Of a stretch of DNA of 16,036 nucleotides, positions 6,707-13,537 are shown piece after piece (the first letter of the stretch is position 1; the number at the start of each line of letters is the position of its first letter). Origin of the DNA: a virus; the IMG/VR virus record IMGVR_UViG_3300012347_000037, positions 1-16,036 of that record. One strand, given 5' to 3'. Under the pieces are notes generated by a model. That model worked only from the letters and a program-made list of their open reading frames with translations, was not told the origin of the DNA and made no database searches. The translations under genes and the position numbers were made by a program.

Positions 6707-6848
6707 GGTCGTTTATCTCCTTTAGCTTCCAGCCAATAGACTTGAGCTCTCTGAGGATCTGTTCGTTCTGATAGACAGCAACCTCTGTGAACGCGTCACG
6801 GGCTAGTGCTGCTTCTTTTAATGCGTCTAGTTCATCCCATTTGAACAT
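6693..6848 (-). CDS. Hypothetical 51-aa protein (below the ORF-track cut-off)
   Basis: ATG at 6848 is preceded by AAAGGAA-N11. It translates MFKWDELDALKEAALARDAFTEVAVYQNEQILRELKSIGWKLKEINDRGAL, which looks helical. It overlaps both neighbours by 14-17 nt and contains the SD of the next gene. Confidence 0.4.
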   Translation of the reverse strand: MFKWDELDALKEAALARDAFTEVAVYQNEQILRELKSIGWKLKEINDRGAL

Positions 6849-6999
6849 TGTTAATCGTTTCCTTTCCCTTTTCGCAGGCTATCCAACCTGATTCATATAA
6901 AGCCCCAGCCTCTTGAGCTGTTATACACTCACATAAATATACGACGCTATTTAAAACTTTTATTGCTTCTCCACGCTTGTGACATTTACGCTTAAACAT
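6832..6999 (-). CDS. Hypothetical 55-aa Cys-rich protein (below the ORF-track cut-off)
   Basis: ATG at 6999 is preceded by GAGGAG-N10. It translates MFKRKCHKRGEAIKVLNSVVYLCECITAQEAGALYESGWIACEKGKETINNVQMG. Its 5' part lies in an AT-rich patch, so coding status is uncertain. Confidence 0.35.
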   Translation of the reverse strand: MFKRKCHKRGEAIKVLNSVVYLCECITAQEAGALYESGWIACEKGKETINNVQMG

Positions 7000-7267
7000 A
7001 TAAATCATTCTCCTCTGTGTGTAGTTGTCCCATTATTCCTGCATAGCCGCACAAGTCGATGTATGTGTCGACTTTAGAACCTTCCATTGTCCTTGCCAGC
7101 TTGACCAATAGCATGATACCTGCGACCTGATAGTCACTAACTGGCAGCTCCAGATATGCGCTGATGAGCCGTGCGGTTCTAGACATATTGTCCGTTGGGT
7201 GTCCATACTCCATTCCACGGTCCTGAATGATTGCTTTTGCTTCAATAAGGAAGTCACCGGCGTTCAT
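6992..7267 (-). CDS. Conserved small helical phage protein (DUF6378-like or MazG-like pattern), function unknown
   Basis: 91 aa. The pattern 'RGMEYGHP..N..R.A.L.SAYL....S.YQVAGIMLLVKLAR......K.DTYIDLCGYAG' recalls a family common in phage early regions. The ATG overlaps the upstream stop (ATGA). Confidence 0.55.
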   Translation of the reverse strand: MNAGDFLIEAKAIIQDRGMEYGHPTDNMSRTARLISAYLELPVSDYQVAGIMLLVKLARTMEGSKVDTYIDLCGYAGIMGQLHTEENDLYV

Positions 7268-7380
7268 CGCTTCGCCTTGAATGATTCGATGCGTCCTTCT
7301 ACCTTGCCATCTGATACGCCGATCATGTAGCCCAATAGTGTGCAGCTAATGATGACGATGGCATATGTTGCGAATGTCAT
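7264..7380 (-). CDS. Hypothetical 38-aa membrane protein (below the ORF-track cut-off)
   Basis: ATG at 7380 follows GGAAAGGGCAAAA. It translates MTFATYAIVIISCTLLGYMIGVSDGKVEGRIESFKAKR, one hydrophobic helix and a charged tail. Its stop overlaps the next ATG (ATGA). Confidence 0.45.
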   Translation of the reverse strand: MTFATYAIVIISCTLLGYMIGVSDGKVEGRIESFKAKR

Positions 7381-7454
7381 TTTTGCCCTTTCCGTAGTCC
7401 GTATTTCGTCTACGGGATGAACTTTACCTTAGGGCTGGTCGGTGCCTAGTATAT

Positions 7455-7487
7455 TTTGGTAACGGTTTGGTAACGATTTGGGAAGGG
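7455..7487. repeat. Three tandem 11-bp iteron-like repeats in the largest noncoding gap
   Basis: The plus strand reads tttggtaacgg / tttggtaacga / tttgggaaggg (10/11 and 9/11 identity to the first unit). The period is exactly 11 bp. On the minus strand a TATACT -10-like hexamer (7448-7453) follows immediately. A TCCTCG x2 tandem (7488-7499) flanks the array. Confidence 0.6.
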
Positions 7488-7508
7488 TCCTCGTCCTCGA
7501 AGTAAGGG

Positions 7509-8261
7509 TTAGCGATTGCGGGGTCTGCCATAGACCTTACCCTGTACCGTGAACGTGCCATCCTTCTCGATGTAGATGAGATCTACTTGGACGTTCTTGC
7601 CCTTTACATACATGATGGCGAACGCCTGTTGCCAGTTCATAACGCCTTTAGTGTAGCTAGCCTTAGAAGTGTCCATAAGATGACCCACCTCCACGCCATG
7701 CAGGATACGCCCTACGCGCCCTCCTGTAGCCTCTGTAAAGGACGAGCGACCTGCTCTGTGAGTGTGACCTGAGATAACGTTCTTACCGCGCCTACGCGCC
7801 CCCTCAAGGGCTGAGAGACCCCCCTGTGGCTTGATAGGGGTATGGTCTCCATGGACTGCCACCCAGTTAGGGGCTATGTTCATGTCTGACTTGTGCCACT
7901 TAATGCCTAGCTCGTCAAACTTCATGAACTTCTCGAAGCGCAACTCAGGCAAGGATAGGAAACTAGGGACTTTCTTCATGATCGTGTGATACAAGCGATC
8001 CGTATGATTAGAACGAATGCAGTCAGAAACGCCCAAATCGTAGAGAAGGTCGACGCACCTGTCTCTATCATCGGCTAGGGTCTGCTCGTAGGCTTGAGGT
8101 GTTCCCTCGCTCCACTTAGATATGGTCTGAAAGTCTATTTCGTCACCAATAGTGACTGTCTGGTCTGGCTTAAAGGTCTTTAAGAATCGAGCTATATTCT
8201 GGACTACGTGTACATCCTCATAGGGTACTTGTAAGTCTGAGATAATTACTATGCGCTTCAT
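7509..8261 (-). CDS. Calcineurin-like metallophosphoesterase
   Basis: 250 aa with ordered motifs SDLQ (motif I, Gln where His is usual), GDEID, SNHTD, HGDH and GHTHR. Confidence 0.85.
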   Translation of the reverse strand: MKRIVIISDLQVPYEDVHVVQNIARFLKTFKPDQTVTIGDEIDFQTISKWSEGTPQAYEQTLADDRDRCVDLLYDLGVSDCIRSNHTDRLYHTIMKKVPSFLSLPELRFEKFMKFDELGIKWHKSDMNIAPNWVAVHGDHTPIKPQGGLSALEGARRRGKNVISGHTHRAGRSSFTEATGGRVGRILHGVEVGHLMDTSKASYTKGVMNWQQAFAIMYVKGKNVQVDLIYIEKDGTFTVQGKVYGRPRNR

Positions 8262-8479
8262 TCATCCTCATCGTCCTCATAGGGGATATTATCTATGCGA
8301 TTAGGCAAGTTAGGAATGATCCAATCAGGAAACGAGTCACGATCGCCTAGTATCCAGAAGATATGCTTCTCCGAGAATCCGGCTTTCTTTAATGACTTGT
8401 AATACTCATTGAGCGCTATAGCGTATGCGTCTAAAGCGTTGTAAGTATCTAAATCTATTACTGGTCGCTTCCTTGCCAT
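8258..8479 (-). CDS. Hypothetical protein with an acidic C-terminal tail
   Basis: The ORF-track ORF is 8258..8524. I prefer the ATG at 8479 (MARKRPVIDLD...), 4 nt after the upstream stop, giving 73 aa. It ends in ...NIPYEDDEDE. Its stop overlaps the next ATG (ATGA). Confidence 0.55.
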   Translation of the reverse strand: MARKRPVIDLDTYNALDAYAIALNEYYKSLKKAGFSEKHIFWILGDRDSFPDWIIPNLPNRIDNIPYEDDEDE

Positions 8480-8483
8480 AGTT

Positions 8484-8669
8484 TTATTTTCCCTTAAGTA
8501 GTAACTCCAACATAGCTTCGACACGCACTAGGCGGTCATTCATTGACGAGCCGCTGTTAGGCTTGAGTTCCGCTAGGTAGTGCAATATTACGAATCTCAG
8601 GAGTGCAGCAGTTCCAGTCAGTACCGTCGCGCATATGGCTACAATCGCAGCCCAATCTTGAGGACTCAC
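8484..8669 (-). CDS. Small membrane protein, candidate holin or lysis accessory protein
   Basis: 61 aa. The GTG start overlaps the upstream stop (GTGA). It has one hydrophobic span (WAAIVAICATVLTGTAALLRFVI) and a charged helical tail. It lies two genes downstream of the endolysin candidate. Confidence 0.55.
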   Translation of the reverse strand: MSPQDWAAIVAICATVLTGTAALLRFVILHYLAELKPNSGSSMNDRLVRVEAMLELLLKGK

Positions 8670-8812
8670 TTTTTGTCGATGGCATCGACTGCCGCCTCAA
8701 TAGCGTCTACTGCTACATCGGCGATAGCCTTCTTAGCGCGGTATGACTTGATAGCTGCACGGATAGCAGGAAGAGCAATGATGCCTAGACCTGCGATGAT
8801 AGCTGCTTCCAT
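8666..8812 (-). CDS. 48-aa membrane protein, candidate holin (below the ORF-track cut-off)
   Basis: The ATG at 8812 comes directly after the endolysin TAA, with a strong SD (GGAGG-N7). It translates MEAAIIAGLGIIALPAIRAAIKSYRAKKAIADVAVDAIEAAVDAIDKK, an N-terminal TM helix plus a charged amphipathic tail. Confidence 0.55.
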   Translation of the reverse strand: MEAAIIAGLGIIALPAIRAAIKSYRAKKAIADVAVDAIEAAVDAIDKK

Positions 8813-9256
8813 TTACTTGCCTCCTAGTAGCGGGATATTAAAGAACGTAGAATCTGTGTCACCCTTTTTAGTGAAAGAAATATGGCAATGATGGTTATGA
8901 GGGTTGATTCCCTTATACTTGCGCCAGCGCCAGCCCATGCGAGACGATGCGATGCGACCGTTGAATATGACGTAGGCGATATTGCCCTTACCTGATTTGG
9001 CATAGAGTCGAATCTGATCAGCAATATCGGGCATGAGGTCGGGCTTGCCGCCCTTATGGACATCTCTATCGACATCGAGGGCGCGAACATAGGCGATCCC
9101 ATCGACTGCATTCTTCCAATCAGGATTATGGTCGCTAGGACGCGCTGAATGGCGAGTATCGCCAATCCATCCATCGGAACGGCGATCTCTATCTGGGAAC
9201 GTGTCATCAAATTGCTCCCTTAGCTGTTGTCCTGCTTTACAAAGAATTGGCTTCAT
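8813..9256 (-). CDS. Putative endolysin (zinc metallopeptidase-like, LAS/M15-type His/Asp motifs)
   Basis: 147 aa. The 'SDGWIGDTRHSARPSDHNPD', 'VRALDVD' and 'NPHNHHCHISF' blocks give H-x5-D and HxH metal-ligand-like motifs. It sits after the tail genes and before two small TM proteins. The call comes from motifs and position only. Confidence 0.5.
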   Translation of the reverse strand: MKPILCKAGQQLREQFDDTFPDRDRRSDGWIGDTRHSARPSDHNPDWKNAVDGIAYVRALDVDRDVHKGGKPDLMPDIADQIRLYAKSGKGNIAYVIFNGRIASSRMGWRWRKYKGINPHNHHCHISFTKKGDTDSTFFNIPLLGGK

Positions 9257-9545
9257 AGAGCGCCTCGCATTCTGGACATTCCCAGCGCTTTAAGTCGTTA
9301 AGAAATAATGATTCATGCCCGCAATCAAACATAGGCGCAATAAACGCATCGTCGATAGGGTCATAGGTATAACCGACACCAGCAAAGTTAAACCGAATGC
9401 GGTTGTTGTAGCTTGTCTGTAACCAAGTGCCGCCAAGGTTATTGACTAGCCACGAATAGCCCTCATCGCCTGCTGCGTCATTATTGTCTCCAACGAGTAC
9501 GCGAATTACTTTATTGTTTTCGTCAATTTCTGCCCAATGACTCAT
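9237..9545 (-). CDS. Conserved phage protein of unknown function (tail-module associated)
   Basis: 102 aa, MSHWAEIDENNKVIRVLVGD...GGTWLQTSYNN...GVGYTYDPIDDAFIAP. This resembles a widespread small phage family often found beside tail-fibre genes. The C-terminus has CGH...CPEC. The ATG overlaps the upstream stop (ATGA). Confidence 0.65.
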   Translation of the reverse strand: MSHWAEIDENNKVIRVLVGDNNDAAGDEGYSWLVNNLGGTWLQTSYNNRIRFNFAGVGYTYDPIDDAFIAPMFDCGHESLFLNDLKRWECPECEALYEANSL

Positions 9546-10405
9546 ACTGGATACCTCACAATAATAAAGCCGCCCGCGCCGTTACCGCCGCCTGATCCGC
9601 CACCGCCACCACCGCCGGAGCCTGTAGTCGCTGTTGCGTTGTTAGCGGGTGCAAAGTTGGAGAAGTTACCCGCTCCACCTAGTCCACCTAAACCTTGTGT
9701 GAATGGTGCAGTAGCATCTCTACCGCCACCGCCGCCTGCGATGTAACCTGCAACGCCTAAGCCGACAACTGTTAGCCAAGATGACCAAGTGTTTAAGCCA
9801 TCGCCGCCGTTTTGTGTTGTTCCGTTACCCGCTCCAGCTCCACCACCGCCGCCACCGCCGGGGTTAATTACATTGCTTGCAAAACCGTAACCAGTTGCCC
9901 CGCCTGTATTTCCTTGGGTAGTAGCTCCTCGGGTTCCAGCATCGGTAGAACCACCGCCTGAACCGCCTGAACCGCCGTTGACGTTTCCGCCACCTGCAGC
10001 ACCTGCACCGTATCCACCACCGTCGGATGTAATAGTGTCAAATATTGAACTTGTTCCAGCTGTACCGCTTCCAGTACTTCCAGAACGACCAGCTCCACCA
10101 CCGCCGATTGTTAGAGAATAACTTCCAACAGATACAGACCGACCAGCCTGATAGGAAACTCCACCAGCTCCGCCTCCACCTGCTCGGGTTCCAGCTGTCA
10201 TGTCAGCGCCACCACCACCGCCACCTGCAACAACTAAAACATCGCAAGAGAGAGCAGCATTACTTACTCCAAGGGTTCCGTTGCTAGTAAAGAGTCTGTA
10301 ATTGTAACCGCCCGAGGTAAACAGAGTTCCACCTGTAACGGTTGCAACTGCTGCATTAGGTGATAAAACGGAGGTAACTACGTTAAGCAATTGCGCCCAC
10401 CACAT
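9542..10405 (-). CDS. Glycine-rich minor tail or fibre-like protein
   Basis: ~287 aa from ATG 10405. It has the 'YNYRLFTSNGTLGV...CDVLVVAGGGGGG' opener, long GGxGG tracts and the 'GGFIIVRYPV' ending typical of phage glycine-rich-domain tail proteins. The ORF-track start at 10510 lies 128 nt inside the previous gene in another frame. The true start is uncertain because no strong SD is present. Confidence 0.7.
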   Translation of the reverse strand: MWWAQLLNVVTSVLSPNAAVATVTGGTLFTSGGYNYRLFTSNGTLGVSNAALSCDVLVVAGGGGGGADMTAGTRAGGGGAGGVSYQAGRSVSVGSYSLTIGGGGAGRSGSTGSGTAGTSSIFDTITSDGGGYGAGAAGGGNVNGGSGGSGGGSTDAGTRGATTQGNTGGATGYGFASNVINPGGGGGGGAGAGNGTTQNGGDGLNTWSSWLTVVGLGVAGYIAGGGGGRDATAPFTQGLGGLGGAGNFSNFAPANNATATTGSGGGGGGGSGGGNGAGGFIIVRYPV

Positions 10406-10766
10406 ACCAAGAGTTGGCAGCCACCTGAATGAAAGCTGCTGACTTGTACTGGTTAAGAACAGGGCTTGCAGATGTAGCACCTGCAGAGGCAACAGTAACG
10501 CCACCTGCACCTGAGATAGTTACCGCTCCCGCGCCCTTATTAAGCACGGTTATGACGGTGCCAACTGGGAAGGCTACGGATGCGTTGGTGGGAATTGTAA
10601 GAGTAGATGCGCCCGCGTTAGATCGTGTGATGAGAACCTGATACTGGTCGGTAAGGACAGGGGTGTAGCTTGTGCCTGTCTGGTCATTGAGGGTAAAGGC
10701 TACTAAGCCGTTAGCAGCTGAGGCGGTGAGGATGTCACCGGTTGAGAAGGGAAAGCCTGTTGCCAT
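10383..10766 (-). CDS. Minor tail protein (small, beta-rich)
   Basis: 127 aa. 'FSTGDILTASAANGL' resembles the F..G..LTA..LN opener seen in actinophage-type minor tail proteins. It lies between the Dit-like and glycine-rich genes. Confidence 0.6.
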   Translation of the reverse strand: MATGFPFSTGDILTASAANGLVAFTLNDQTGTSYTPVLTDQYQVLITRSNAGASTLTIPTNASVAFPVGTVITVLNKGAGAVTISGAGGVTVASAGATSASPVLNQYKSAAFIQVAANSWYVVGAIA

Positions 10767-10775
10767 TATTGTCTC

Positions 10776-12020
10776 CTAGTAGCCGAGCATATTAACGCCA
10801 ATTATACCGTAGGTTGAGCTTCCAATGATGAAGCCCTCCGCTATTGGTTCAAGGGTCGTTACTGTTGCGGTCATTTTGTTTGGTGTGATATCCCACGCTA
10901 TGCCTTGGCATTGGAGGGTCTTTACAATAGTCGAGCCATCAGGCTGGACATTAGTAATCTTGAGATTGTCGAAGTAGTCCAACGCAATCATCGTGTCAGT
11001 TGGCACGGAAGTATCGAGTAGATCTACAACCATTTCGTCAATGCGGATGGTTGTTTCCTTACGGGTAGCTACATATTCCTTAGCGATGTTCAGGACAATA
11101 GCGTCGGTCTCTGCGACTAGGTTGTCTTGGCTAATGCCGTGAGGGAAGTACTTGTTAACCGAGTCTGTGTCGCTGACTGTCTGAGCTGCACCGCCTACGC
11201 GGGTAAAGGTGGCTTGGTTGATAATGAGCTTGTCATCGAATGAGTACTTGAGATTCTTATAAGGGATGCCTGTGGTCTGGTTAAACTCGATGGCTGTATC
11301 ACCAAGGGATGACATCACCTGAGTGCGGCTCTTGAATACTGCCGTGCCTGAACCGTCCATATAGAAGGCGCCAGTCTCGGAGAACTCTGCGTTCTTGAGG
11401 GCTTCAAGTGATGTTCGAGCTGTGCCCGGGTCAGCGACGCAGGTGTTAAGCCCTGTCCCTACGGTTCTCATGGAGCTAGGGAAGGAGACCTGATCTAGTA
11501 TCTTGCCAATGCGTGTGCCGGTATCTTGCCCAGCTGTTGCATCTGTGATGGTCTGAATGTTAGCCATCTGGAAGAGACGGAACCCATCGGTGCAAACGAG
11601 GTCGACGTAGCCTGTCTCTTGCCCTTGAGGGTAAGTATACTTATAGTCGGTGACATATCCTGAGAATAGGAACTCCTCAGCTGTGGCAGTAGTGGCAGAA
11701 ATGCGTACCTTGCGTAGAGGGCTCAGGTAGCCGTAGTAAGGCGATGAGGTGTTCTGAGGGTTAAAGTATGAGAGAGGGTCTAGGACGCGCACAGTAGCCG
11801 TTCCTGCCTCGTATTGGTCACGCTGGATTGAGCGACCACGGCGAATAGCAATCTGGTACACATCAGGAGTTAAGTCAACAGTAGGCAGGATGACATCTGA
11901 TTCACCGAGACGCGATACTCCGATAACACCGTACTTGGCATCGCCGACCACAAAACCGGTCCCGAAGGTCGCTCCGGAGGAGAAGTCGAAGCTAACGGCT
12001 ATCTGTGCTGGTAATGCCAT
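10776..12020 (-). CDS. Distal-tail (Dit)-like minor tail protein
   Basis: 414 aa, immediately after the tape measure (TAATG overlap). 'IAIRRGRSIQRDQYEAGTATVRVLDPLSYFNPQN' matches the RGR...aGTAT..L.N...fdP pattern of siphophage distal tail proteins. Confidence 0.65.
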   Translation of the reverse strand: MALPAQIAVSFDFSSGATFGTGFVVGDAKYGVIGVSRLGESDVILPTVDLTPDVYQIAIRRGRSIQRDQYEAGTATVRVLDPLSYFNPQNTSSPYYGYLSPLRKVRISATTATAEEFLFSGYVTDYKYTYPQGQETGYVDLVCTDGFRLFQMANIQTITDATAGQDTGTRIGKILDQVSFPSSMRTVGTGLNTCVADPGTARTSLEALKNAEFSETGAFYMDGSGTAVFKSRTQVMSSLGDTAIEFNQTTGIPYKNLKYSFDDKLIINQATFTRVGGAAQTVSDTDSVNKYFPHGISQDNLVAETDAIVLNIAKEYVATRKETTIRIDEMVVDLLDTSVPTDTMIALDYFDNLKITNVQPDGSTIVKTLQCQGIAWDITPNKMTATVTTLEPIAEGFIIGSSTYGIIGVNMLGY

Positions 12021-13537
12021 TATCCGAACATTCCAGAGATGCGACCAATGTCAGACTTCTTACCTGCTAGAGAGTTGTAGTTCAGACCGTTTTGAACTGC
12101 AAGAACTAGATCCTGCTCTGATAGTACGGAACCGTTTACGGTGATGTATACATCTCCCGCTGCGTTAGAACCTGCGCTACCTCCGCCACCTGCTACAAGG
12201 CTCTGGACCGTAGGGGTAAGAGTTGCAAATGATTCACCGCGGGTGCTTGAAGTACCGGTAGCACCGAACGCGGCAGCCAATCTTGCCTTCTCAATGATCA
12301 TGTCAAGATAGCTAGACCAAGCAGCAAAGGGATTAGCGGCTGGTTTGAGACTGGCTAGTTCGTTGGCTAACTGAATGCCTAAGCCCTGAGCCAAGGCAAT
12401 CTCTTTAGTCAGGCGCTGAGCTTCTGTCACATTATCTGTCAATATCGCTAGTTGCAACAAAGCCCGCTTACGATCTTCCTCTGACAAGTCACCCTTAAGA
12501 GCAGCAATAAGGTTGGCTTGCTCAAGGTCGAAAAGGGAGCCCGCCTTCTTCAAAGCTGCTTGCTTCTTCTGTTCTGCAGTCAATGCCTTCTGAGCTTTAA
12601 GAGCTGCTGCGTTTTGCTTTTTGCGGTCTGCTTCTATTTGAGCAAGTAATTTAGAATACTTCAAATATGGGTCTTCTGGCTTTGGCTTTGTAGTAGAGCC
12701 GCCACCGGAAGGGATGCCGGTGGGGTTGAACTTACTGAGTAGACCATTCGCGCCAGTAATATCAAAAAGACCAAACAGAGTTTCTTTACCTGCAGCAATA
12801 AACTCAAGTCCTCTGCCAATTTTATCGAGAGTCCAAGCCAAAACATTTAATTTAGCTCCTTCTGAGCCGTCACCAAATGAGGCAAGAGTAAGAAGGGTGG
12901 CGCCTACGCGCTCTTGGAAATTACCCCATGCAAGAGATAAGACCCCGACCTGTCCTGAATATGTGGAAAGGTAAGCAGCTGACGATCCAGCGAACTGGTC
13001 GTTCATAATCTTTTGAATCTCGCTAAAAGATTTAGCCTGTAGAGTGGCATTAGATAGACCGAGGTAATACTTTCGAAGTCCCTTGGTGTTTCCGATGTAT
13101 GCCTGAGCAAGGTCGTTGCTGACCTGAGCAAGTGAATAGCCACTTCCGCGAGATGCCTCAATAGCGGTTGCTAGGATGGATTGAGATGCGGCTAATGATC
13201 CGGTTTGAGTTAATAGAGACTGGAAAGCAGGACGGAGCTCATCGTCTGCGACCTTAGTCATCTCCTCCATCTTGGAGATGTAGTCGGCGATGTAAGGATT
13301 AGCAAACTCCATGCCAAGGTTCTTAACTGCTAGAGATAGTTTAGTAGCAGCTGCCTCATCTGCAATAAAGGCGTTAATAGATGCTTTAGCAAATGCAGTA
13401 CCCGCCGCTGCTGTGACAGCAAAGCCCAGCCCTAAGTTCTTGACCTGCTTGTTTAACCTAGCTGCTGCTGTTTCGGCTTTCTTGAATCCTCTAGTGTCGG
13501 CTTTGGAGCCAATCAGGATTTCTTCTCTTACTGCCAT
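12020..13537 (-). CDS. Tape measure protein
   Basis: 505 aa, Ala/Leu/Lys-rich with coiled-coil stretches (AALKAQKALTAEQKKQAALKKAG). It occupies the canonical position after the chaperone genes and before the Dit-like gene. At ~0.15 nm per residue this predicts a tail of roughly 75 nm. Confidence 0.85.
   Translation of the reverse strand: MAVREEILIGSKADTRGFKKAETAAARLNKQVKNLGLGFAVTAAAGTAFAKASINAFIADEAAATKLSLAVKNLGMEFANPYIADYISKMEEMTKVADDELRPAFQSLLTQTGSLAASQSILATAIEASRGSGYSLAQVSNDLAQAYIGNTKGLRKYYLGLSNATLQAKSFSEIQKIMNDQFAGSSAAYLSTYSGQVGVLSLAWGNFQERVGATLLTLASFGDGSEGAKLNVLAWTLDKIGRGLEFIAAGKETLFGLFDITGANGLLSKFNPTGIPSGGGSTTKPKPEDPYLKYSKLLAQIEADRKKQNAAALKAQKALTAEQKKQAALKKAGSLFDLEQANLIAALKGDLSEEDRKRALLQLAILTDNVTEAQRLTKEIALAQGLGIQLANELASLKPAANPFAAWSSYLDMIIEKARLAAAFGATGTSSTRGESFATLTPTVQSLVAGGGGSAGSNAAGDVYITVNGSVLSEQDLVLAVQNGLNYNSLAGKKSDIGRISGMFG

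Noticed and set aside
6921-6929. TTATACACT as a third DnaA box
   Set aside because: It is an 8/9 match to TTATNCACA. By my estimate, roughly a dozen such one-mismatch hits are expected by chance in a genome this size, counting both strands. It is mentioned only within the AT-rich island finding.
7033-7257. 74-aa alternative-frame ORF within 6992..7267
   Set aside because: The 91-aa frame has a recognisable conserved pattern and ATGA coupling to the upstream gene. The 74-aa frame has neither.
7587-9210. ORFs 7587..7772 +, 8580..8891 + and 8824..9210 -
   Set aside because: They are antisense or alternative-frame to the metallophosphoesterase, the small lysis-cassette genes and the endolysin candidate. 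The hand-called minus-strand small ORFs, which have strong SDs, explain 8484-8812 better.
9537-10287. Plus-strand poly-Pro ORF (9537..9746), alternative-frame ORF 9868..10101 - and ORF 10045..10287 + within the glycine-rich gene
   Set aside because: These are mirror-image or shifted-frame artefacts of GGN-rich coding sequence (GGN antisense gives NCC, Pro).
10383-10510. Programmed frameshift fusing the 127-aa tail protein to the glycine-rich protein
   Set aside because: The Gly-rich frame is +1 relative to the upstream gene, and I found no recognisable +1 shift site in the overlap. The long overlap is more simply a chance open frame in GC-balanced sequence.
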